Sequence record: NC_070963.1
DNA: 64,000 bases
Direction: 5' to 3' (one strand)
Shown here: positions 34,315 to 45,200 of the stretch, one piece after another
Layout: the number at the start of each line of letters is the position of its first letter
How positions within the stretch are numbered: position 1 is the first letter of the stretch
The notes under the pieces: model-generated
Databases searched by the model: none
What the model was told of the DNA's origin: nothing
Seen by the model: the letters and a program-made list of their open reading frames with translations, nothing else
Translations under genes and position numbers: made by a program

Positions 34315-36276
34315 ATGCCTTTTACTCAATTTACGAATCTAGATTTCGATCAGATAAAAACTTCAATCAAAGATTATCTCCGTGCTAACTCAACATTTAC
34401 GGACTTTGACTTTGAAGGATCGAATTTTTCTGTTTTAATTGACACGTTAGCGTATAATACTTATATTACAGCATTTAACTCTAATATGGTTGTAAATGAA
34501 TCCTTTTTGGATTCTGCAACTGTAAGAGAAAATGTTGTTTCACTTGCAAGAAATATTGGATATGTTCCTTATTCTAGAAATGCTGCCAGTGCAATAGTAT
34601 CATTTAGTATAACTGTAGATCCAGATCAGATACTTCAAGATGGAACTCCAGTATACACTTCTTCAGTCACTTTACAGGCAGGACTAGTATGCACTGGTCT
34701 TGTAAAAGGATCTTCTTATGTATTTTCAATTCCTCAAAGTGTTACTGTTCCAGTTGTAAATGGTGTTGCTTCATTCGATAATATTACAATTAGAGAAGGA
34801 ACCTTTTTAACTAAAAAGTTTACGGTTGATGCATCATTAGATCAAAAATTTGTTCTTGATAATCCTTTTATTGACACCTCATCAATTAGAGTTTATGTTA
34901 AAGGTGTAAGTGATAGTGGTCTTGGGTCATTATATTCTTTAGTTGATAATATTTTCAATGTAAATTCAAATTCAGAAATATTTTTAGTACAAGAAGTTCA
35001 AGACGAAAAATATCAACTTCTTTTTGGTGATGGAATATTTGGTAAAAAACTTGAAAATTCTTCAATTATTACAGCAAATTACATTGTAACAAGTGGTAAA
35101 GATGGGAATGGTGCAGATTCATTTACTTTTGCTGGATCTTTTAAAGATGCTGATGATAGAAACGTAATTCCAACAAATACAATCACTGTTACTACAAATC
35201 AGAGTGCTCAAAACGGATCTGATATAGAAACAATTGATTCTATTCGTTATTTTGCTCCTCGTTTATATTCTTCACAATATAGAGCAGTAACTGCAAGTGA
35301 TTATGAGACAATTATCAAATCAAAGATATATGGAAATGCAGAATCAGTTTCTGTTGTTGGTGGTGAAGAATTAAATCCACCCGAATATGGATCTGTATCA
35401 ATTAGCATTAAACCAAAAAATGGAACATTTGTTTCTGATTTTGATAAAGAACAAATACTTTCCAAGTTAACTCAATATAGCGTTTCAGGAATTCGTCCTA
35501 AAATAGTAGATCTTAAAATACTATATGTTGAAATTGAATCCTATGTTTATTATAACTACAATCAAGTAGGAAGTGTTTCTGACTTAAAAACAAGGATAAC
35601 AAATTCACTCAACAAATATTCCCAATCTGTAGATTTAAATAAATTTGGAGGAAGATTTAAGTATAGTAAACTGCTTCAAGTCATTGACAATACCGATACT
35701 GCAATTACTTCAAATATTACTAGAGTTAGAATTAGAAGAGATTTAAAAGCACTTATTAACCGCTCAGCACAATATGAGATATGCTTTGGTAATAGATTTC
35801 ATATAAACGAAAAATATAATAAAATTGGATATAATATAAAATCAACCGGATTTAAAATTTTAAATGAATCGGATACAGTTTATCTGACAGATACTCCCAA
35901 TACCGATGGCAAAACAGGTGTCATTTCAATTGTAAAACCCATTCAAACTTCTGCAGGTATCAATACTACATCATTAGAACCTTTTGTGGTTGTTGAATCT
36001 GCTGGTGTTGTAAATTATGAAAATGGAGAAATAACTCTCAATACAATTACAATTACTTCTACTGAGATGGAAAATGATTTGATAGAAATACAGGCATATC
36101 CAGAATCAAATGATGTTATTGGTCTTAAAGATCTTTACGTATCTTTTGACGTTTCGAAAAGTCAAATAAATATGGTAAAAGATACAATTGCATCTGGAGA
36201 GGATATTTCCGGTGTTGTTTTTACAAAAAATTCGTATCGTTCAAGTTACTCAAACGGGAAATTAATGAGGTCGTAA
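34315..36276 (+). CDS. gp6: baseplate wedge subunit gp6
   Basis: LDFDQIK..IK.YL....FTDFDFEGS, FLDSA..RENVVSLA..IGY, RAVTA.DY. Confidence 0.92.
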   Translation: MPFTQFTNLDFDQIKTSIKDYLRANSTFTDFDFEGSNFSVLIDTLAYNTYITAFNSNMVVNESFLDSATVRENVVSLARNIGYVPYSRNAASAIVSFSITVDPDQILQDGTPVYTSSVTLQAGLVCTGLVKGSSYVFSIPQSVTVPVVNGVASFDNITIREGTFLTKKFTVDASLDQKFVLDNPFIDTSSIRVYVKGVSDSGLGSLYSLVDNIFNVNSNSEIFLVQEVQDEKYQLLFGDGIFGKKLENSSIITANYIVTSGKDGNGADSFTFAGSFKDADDRNVIPTNTITVTTNQSAQNGSDIETIDSIRYFAPRLYSSQYRAVTASDYETIIKSKIYGNAESVSVVGGEELNPPEYGSVSISIKPKNGTFVSDFDKEQILSKLTQYSVSGIRPKIVDLKILYVEIESYVYYNYNQVGSVSDLKTRITNSLNKYSQSVDLNKFGGRFKYSKLLQVIDNTDTAITSNITRVRIRRDLKALINRSAQYEICFGNRFHINEKYNKIGYNIKSTGFKILNESDTVYLTDTPNTDGKTGVISIVKPIQTSAGINTTSLEPFVVVESAGVVNYENGEITLNTITITSTEMENDLIEIQAYPESNDVIGLKDLYVSFDVSKSQINMVKDTIASGEDISGVVFTKNSYRSSYSNGKLMRS

Positions 36277-36277
36277 T

Positions 36278-39200
36278 ATGATACAAACGGGTTTTGAATC
36301 TAGGGTAAAAGTACAACAAATAATTGATAGTCAACTTCCAGAATTTATCTTAGATGAAAGTCCAAAGGCTTCTGAGTTTTTAAAGCAATATTATATTTCT
36401 CAAGAATATCAAGGTGGCCCTGTAGATATTGCAGAAAACTTAGACCAATATATTCAACTTGACAATCTTACTTCAGAAGTAGTTGTTGGATATACAACTC
36501 TTGAAGGTGATATTTCATCATCTTCAACTAGTATTACTGTATCAAGTACAAGAGGATTTCCTGCAAAGTATGGTCTTTTAAAAATTGATGATGAAATAAT
36601 TACATATACTTCTATATCAGGTAATACTTTTACTGGTTGCGTCAGAGGATTTAGTGGCGTTACAAACTATCATAAAGATTTACAGTATAGTGAGTTAGTT
36701 TTTAGCCAATCTTCTGCGTCTTCACATGCATCGGGTGCTTCTGTACAAAACTTAAGTTCCCTGTTTTTACAGGAATTTTATAAAAAAATAAAGTTTAGTC
36801 TAACTCCAGGTCTGGAAGGGTTAAACTTTACTGATAATCTTGACGTTGGTAATTTTATAAAAGAGGCAAGAACTTTATACGAATCTAAAGGAACTCCGGA
36901 ATCGTTTAGAATTCTTTTTAATGTTTTATATGGTGAAACTCCAAGCATAATTAATCTTGAAAAATATTTAATCAAACCTTCTGATGCTGGTTACATTAGA
37001 AGAAATGTTGCTATTATTAGTAATATTTCTGGCGATCCAACAAAACTAGTTGGTCAAACAATTAAAAAATCAACAGACGAATTTACTAGTGCTGCTGTAT
37101 CTGAAGTAGAAACTATTAGTAGAAATGGTGTAACTTATTACAAACTTAATTTTTTTGTTGGATATGATGATACTTATCCTAATGTTACTGGAACCTTTGC
37201 CATTACACCAAATACTAAGGTTATTGAAGAAGTAGTTGTAACTCCAAAAGAAAATGGTACAACTGTTATTAGTGTTGACTCTACCGTTGGATTTGCAGAT
37301 TCTGGAAGTATTTTCTTTGGATCTACTGAAATTTTTTACTCAGATAAAAGTGTAAATCAATTTTTAGGATGTTATGTAAAAACTTCAAGTTCAATAACAA
37401 TACCTAAAACATCATCTTTAATTTCCAATGAAACTTACTATGGATATGAAGATGGAGATCTGACTAAAAAAGTTGAATTTAGAATCACTGGAGTATTATC
37501 CAATCTTGATATTGAAACTGTAAATTATGAGTTGTTAGATAATGATATTATTTCTCCAAAAAATCTTGGAGAAATAATTGAAAGAGGAAGTAGTACAAAA
37601 GAAATATTTGCAAATTCTTGGATCTATAATACAAGTTCAAGATATCAAATAGAATCCTTTGTAGGAAATACAATTACTACAAAGTCTAGTGTAGATTCAT
37701 CTAGTTTAACTGTTGGAGATTTTGTTGAAATTTTACAAAGAAATACTGAAATTGTAATTCCTGGATTTGAAAATGCAACTGTAAATTCAATTTCGGCAAA
37801 TGTAGTTACAATTAATGTAAGTACATCTTCATTGAACTCTTTAGACAAATATGATATTAGAAGAAAAATTAAGAAAGCTTCTTCTTCAATAGTTCCTATT
37901 GATTTTGGAAACGATAAAGTAATATCTGATGTTCAGAATGTTTATATTGAAAGACCTGACCATTTTTATGTTGCTTCCAATTCTTTGCCATCATACCAAA
38001 TACAAGTTGATGTATTTGGATATGATGTTTTTGAATTAACTGGATATGATCCTGATACTGAATCATATTCAATTATTGACTTTAATACTGAAGTTTCTTT
38101 TATAAATGGTGATAGAGTTTTTTATTCCCCAGATATTAATAATCCTATAATTGGATTAAGTGAAGGAAGTTATTTTGTAGAGGTTTTAAGTAATAAGAGG
38201 CAAATTAAATTATATTTGAGTGGGCCTGTAGTTGGAACTGATGATTTTGTTTATTTTGGAGAAGGTCAGTCTTCAACACCTTCTGGAACACATAATTTTA
38301 CCCTTTATTCACAGAGATCAAATAAAATCTCAGGACAAAAAGTACTTAAAAAATTTAAACTAAATCCAGATTTAGGAAGTAACGACAATAATCAAACACT
38401 TCCTGGTTCAATTGGAATGTTGAAAAATGGCGTTGAAATATACAGTTTTAAAACAAATGATAAGATTTACTATGGCCCAATTGATAATGTTGATGTATTA
38501 AATGGTGGAGAAGATTTTGATGTAGTTAATCCTCCTTTATTGGAATTATCTTATGGAACTGGACTTATTCAACCAGTGGTAATTGGATCTGTTCAAAATA
38601 TATTTGTAGATCCTCAAGATTTTAACATTGATGTAATTGTTTCAGTCGCTTTAACCGGTGGAAATGGATCTGGAGCAAGTTTTAGTCCAATCATCGAAAA
38701 AAGTATTAGAGAAATTGAATTTGATGCTAGAACAATTTCAAATGGTGGTGGATTGGATATTATTAATGATAGAATTTCTTTTGCCTCAACCCACAATTTA
38801 ATTAATGGACAACCGATAGTATATGATAGTAACTTTAATTCTGCAATTGGAGTAGGGACTTTTAATGGTTCAAATCTAAATCAATCCAAAACTTTAATAA
38901 GTGGTAATACTTACTACACTAAAGTTATAAACGATAAAACAATTGAAATCTATCAATCACTTTCTGATTACAATGCAGGAATTAATACGGTAGGATTTAC
39001 AACTATAGGAAACTCTGGTATTCAAAGGTTTAAAACTGAACCTAAAAATAAACTTACTGGCATTTCAGTAATTAATGGTGGATCTGGATATGCAAATAGG
39101 TTACTTAGAGTATCTCCTATTGGCATTTCCACTTACGATCACACTATAACATTTAAAAATCACGGGTTTGGTGATGGTGAGATTGTTTCTTATGATTATG

Positions 39201-42200
39201 AGATATCTGCAATTTCTGGTCTTTCAACATCTAACAATTATACAATTCTAAAGTTAAATTCTGATAAATTTAGACTTTGTAATGCTGGCATTGGTGGTAC
39301 AGACACTTCAAATTATCAAAGAAAAAATTACGTAAAGTTTACTTCAACTGGAAGCGGATATCAAACTTTTAAATATCCAGATATTGAGTTAAAAGTAGAA
39401 TATTCTTCTGTTGGTCTTGGAAGCACTCAAGTCAGAGGAGTAATTAATGCAACTCCAGTTATAAGAGGTAAAATTTCCGAAGTTTATGTTTATAACAGAG
39501 GAACTGACTATGGGTCAACAACATTAAATGTTCATAAGAGACCTCAAATTATTATCAAAAATGGAAAAAATGCTCAATTCAGACCAACTATTGTAAATGG
39601 AAGAATAACCGACGTACAAGTCTTGTATGGAGGTACTGAATACTATTCCACTCCAGACTTAGTTATTACTGGAAGTGGAATAGGTGCTATTATTAGACCT
39701 GTTGTTTCAAATAATAAAATAACAGACGTAATTGTAGTTAATCCAGGTACAGGTTACACATCTACAAATATATCAATTAAAGCAGTATCTGCCGGAAAAA
39801 ATGAAGTATTGAGAGTCAATGTTAGAGAACTTACTCTCAATAATTCTTACAAGTATGGAATTCAAAATGAATTTTATCGAAATCCATCGAGTGAAGTATT
39901 AATTGAAAATGATAATGGTTTAAAATATGCAGTCATTGGATATTCTCAAAATATAAAAACTAACTTTAATGACAATAGTGATTTATCTGGACAACACTCA
40001 GATATAATTGGATGGGCATATGATGGAAATCCCATTTATGGATCATTTGGTTATTCTGATCCAAATGATATAAATTCATCTGTCAAAAAATTACAACCGG
40101 GATATTCTATTGTTACTTTAGAAAATAGACCATCTACGACAGATTTTCCTTATGGTTACTTTATTGAAGATTACAAGTATACTGAAAATGGTGATTTAGA
40201 TCAATACAATGGAAGATTTGGAAAAACTAAAGATTTTCCTGAGGGAGTTTATGCATATTTTGCTACAACAGAAACCAATATCGATGGTGAAATTGTAGGT
40301 AAGTTTCCATATTTTATAGGAAATGAATATAGATCGCCATATTTACTTGAAAATATTGATTTGAATCAATCTTTCAATTTTAATGAATCAAATCTTCTTA
40401 GAAATACTTTACCATACAATGTAAATGAAGAGTATGCTGGAAATGATTTTATTATAGAGTCAAATGAAATAATACAGCAAAAAACATTAGTAGAATCAGT
40501 ATCTACTGGAAGTGTTTCTGGGTTTGAAATTGTTAAGTCTGGTTCAGACTATTCTATAGGAGATCCTGTAATTTTTGATGACACTACAAGTGGTGGTGGT
40601 GGAATTAGTGCAGAAGTATCTAGAATAGTAGGGAAAGATATTATCAATATTAATACTGCAGTAGAGTCTTATAATAATTCCATTCTCGAATGGCAAAATG
40701 GAGGTAAAATTAAAGTTTATATTTCACCATATCATAATTTTAGAAGTGGAGATAATATTAACATATCTGGTCTATCAACTCAAGTTTCTGACTTGAATGG
40801 ATCTTATACAGTAGGATTAACAACATATGTGGCAACTCTTGATAAGAATATTCCTAATTTTGCTTCAACTGGAATAGTAACAGATATTTACTTAAGTTCT
40901 ATCCCAGAAAATATTTCAATTGGTAGTAGTATTCAAATAGAAAATGAAATTTTTTCAATTCTAAATGTTTATTCAAATTTTGGAATTGTAAGAGTTGATA
41001 GATCAAGCGCAGGAGTATCTCATACTCAAACAACTCCAGTATATTTTCTTCCAGATTCCTTTACTGTTAACAAAACTACACCATATTTTGATTCTCAAAC
41101 TAATTCAAAAATATATTTTAATCCAACATTATCAGTTGGAATTGGAACTACAACAGGATCTGGTGTTTCCGTAAATTATAGTATTGGAATTACAACATAC
41201 ACTACTTTTATTCCAACACAAAGTATATTTTTACCAAATCATCCATTCAAAACAAATCAACAAGTTGTTCTTAGAAAACCATCAGGATCTAGTGCAATAT
41301 CAGTTTCCAATACTCCTGGAAGTTTGTCATTTAATATTTTAAGTGGTAGTTCTGAAGTCGTATATGTTATTAATAAATCTAAAGATTATATCGGTATTGT
41401 AACAAATGTTGGTCTTACAACAACTGGTGGATTGTTTTTCCAATCAAAAGGTACAGATGACTATCATTATTCTATAGAGTCAAATTTACCTCAGGTAAAA
41501 GCAAAAGTTAATAAAATACTTTCAGTTGTTTCTGTATCAACTTCCCACCAATTAAGAATTGGTGACGAAGTTAATTTGGAAGTTAAACCTAATTTAACAG
41601 TTGGAATTGGATCTTCAACTTCAATTAATGTTAGATTAAATTCACTAACACAAAAAATTGTATTAAATCCTTTAGAGTTTACTTCAACAGGAATTAATAC
41701 AGTCACAAATACTATTTCGATAAATTCCCATAATTTAAAAACGGGTGATAAAATTTTATATGAGTCTCTAGGTACTTTACCATCAGGGATATCAACGGGT
41801 AATTACTTTGCATATAGAGTTGATGAAAACACAATCAAATTATGTGAAACTCTTTTTGACTCTTTTAATTCTCCACCACATGCAGTTTCAATAGGTGGAA
41901 CAGGATCTGGAAATCAAAAAATTAGTCTTGTAAATCCTCAGATTAGATTCACTAAAAATAATAATATCGTTTTTAATCTTTCAGACTCTTCACTGCTTGG
42001 ATATGACTTTAAAATTTATTATGACTCAAACTTTACAAAAGAATTTGTTTCTATTGCAACTACAGAGTCTCTTTCTGTTATAGGAGTTGGAACTATTGGA
42101 TTATCTTCAACGGCTTCACTTACATTAAACTACTCCGAAGGAGTGCCTGAAAAATTATATTATAACTTAGAGAAATCTGGGTATATTAGTACTGCTGACA

Positions 42201-45200
42201 CTGATGTTGCAAATTACTCTGAAATAGTATTTGAAAATAGTCAGTATAATGGTCAATATAGTGTTGTAAGTGTTGGTAATACGACGTTTACAATATCTCT
42301 TAAGCAGATTCCAGAAAACACATATTATGATCAAAATGATTGCGATGTTATACAATATTCTACTACTTCACAAACTGCAACGGGTGGTATTCATAAGGTA
42401 AGACTTCTATCTGGTGGATCATCATATACATCCCTTCCATTATTTGATAGAGTAGACTCCGAAAATGGTTCTGGTGCGTTTATCGTTCCAGTTTCAACAA
42501 CAATTGGTAAACTTAAACAAAGTAGAATTATTAATGAAGGTTTTGAATATTCATCAGATAAAACTTTAAGACCAACAGCTTCTATACCACAATTTGCATA
42601 TATTTCATCGTCAAATACAATTGATACCATTAACATATTAAATGGTGGGCAAAATTATACCTCACCACCAGATTTAATTTGTGTTAATAGTGATAGTGGA
42701 GAATTAATCGACTCTGGATTGCTTAGAGCAAATTTGTCTGGATCTTCTATTGTATCTGTAACCATTGAAAATGAACCAAAAGGTCTTCCAATTAATCCAG
42801 TTACAATTAGAGCAATTAACAATTCGAATGGTATTTCAATAAACACAATTCAATCTTCTTCTGGAGTAGTTACTTGCTTCTTAACAACTCCATTAGCAGG
42901 TTTTACATCAGCACCATTTGCGATTGGTGATAGAATTTTTGTTGAGGGTATTCAAAAAAGTGGATCTGCCGGAGATGGTTTCAATTCTTCAAATTATGGA
43001 TATCAATTTTTTACAGTTACAAATTTTCAAAATATAAATCCTGCCAAATTGGAGTTTAACTTATCAGGATTATCTACAAATCCTGGAATAGCAAAAACAA
43101 TTCAAGAATCTTACGCTACAATAATTAATTTTAATAGTTATCCACAATTTGAATCTATACAAAAGTTTTCCCCATTTGCAATTGGAGAAAAACTATCTTC
43201 AAATAATGAAAATGGATTTGCAGTTAGAGATTTGATTGTGGTTAATTGTGATGAAAATTTTGTTAGAGTATCTGGAAATTATAAACTATCTGAAGGTGAA
43301 GTAATAAAGGGAACGGAATCATCTAACTTAGCAACTATTGACTCAGTTAAGACTATTGATGGTGTTTACAATGTAGATTATTTTAATCTTCAAGAATTTG
43401 GTTGGAAATCTGATACTGGGAAATTAAGCGAAAATTTCCAAGTTACTTCAGATAATGATTATTATCAAAATTTATCTTATTCGGTAAAAAGTAGTAAAAC
43501 ATGGGAAGAAATAGTTACTCCAGTTAATAATTTATTACATATTAGCGGAACAAAAAACTTTGCAGATACACAAATTCTTCAAAGTGTTCAATCGGGAATA
43601 GGAACTACTGAATCTACTTTATCCTTACTAAACGTATTTGAAAGTGATAATAGAGTAGATACAATCAATAACTTAGACTTAGTTGTTGATATTGATACAT
43701 TTGAAAATAAATCAAAGTTTATTAAATTTAACAATGCATCTCTTTCAGATTATATTTTATGTAAGACTAATAGAGTTTTAAAAATAGATGATATTAGTTC
43801 CCTATTTTCAAGCGAAAATGACGAATCAATTGGGGTATCTAATATATCTCAAATTAATTCTGGAAATAATTACAATAGATTTTTGATTCAAACTCGTAAT
43901 ATTTTTACTAATGAGACACAATTTACTGAACTGATAACAATTAATGACGATCAAAATATTTTTACTTTACAGAAAGCATCATTAAGTTCATTAAATTCTG
44001 AAAATGGATTAGCAAATATTGAAGGTTATATAGATATTAATTCCAATTTCTACTTAAGATTTGAACCAGAAGATATTAACAATTCTGATTTTGATATCAA
44101 AATTTTACAAGATACATTTACTTCTAAAACTGGAGTAGGTACTACTCAAAGTGTTGGATTTGTAGACTTAATATCAGCAAATAAAATTGTTTCCAGTGGT
44201 ATAACAACTTCAATATTTGATTTAAATTCCTCAAAATACTCAGCAATTTATTCAAATATTCACATTTTGAATAGTGATAGTTCTAATATGAATTATGTGG
44301 AAGTTTATTTAACACATGATGGTACAAATACTTATATTAGTGAATATTATTTTGATGATGATTTAACGGAATCGAGTTCCAGTTTTATTGGATCTTTCGG
44401 AGCATCTATTACTGGTGGAATTTTATCATTAAATTATACAAATACATCATCAGAGACAATTACAGTTAGAACTAAAAATGTTGGATTTGGTACTACTGCA
44501 GTTGGTACTGGTAATTATAGATTTAAACTTCCTGGACAGTCTGATGGAAATGAAAGAACTGTAGTATTTCAATCTCAATTTAATAATATTTCTTCAGGAT
44601 CTACAAGTATTTTAGTTTTAGACAAGTCATTATTTACATCATCAAAATCAGTAGTTAAAGTTGGTCTTGGCGAAACAAGTGCATTGCATCAAATAATGGC
44701 AATTAATGAAGGAAATAATTCTTATTCTGTCCAATATCCATTTTTATCTATAGGAAGTACTTCAGGAATAGGAACTTTTGGTGCAGAAATTTCTGGAAAT
44801 GACTTTATAGTTAAGTTTTATGCTGATCCATCAATTTCTGGAAATTTAGAAATACTTTCTTTTAGTGAAAACTTCTATACACAATTAGATACAGTTAATA
44901 TTCCTCCAGCACTAAATTATACTCCAGTTCAACAGTCAGTTAAAGTTGCAAAATATTTTGGTGCAAATTCAGTAAGTATTAATAAGTATGATTTTGAGGC
45001 AAAATATGAAGGTGTACCAATTTTCATGAAAACATTTAATCCATCAGATTCTGATGTTTTAAATCCAGTAACAGGTGTTTTCACAATTTCAAATCATTTC
45101 TTCAACACAGGTGAGCAATTAATCTATACTCCAAAATCATCCTTTATAGGGATTGGAACCTCTGCTATGGGAATCGGTGCTACAGCAAACTATGTTGGTG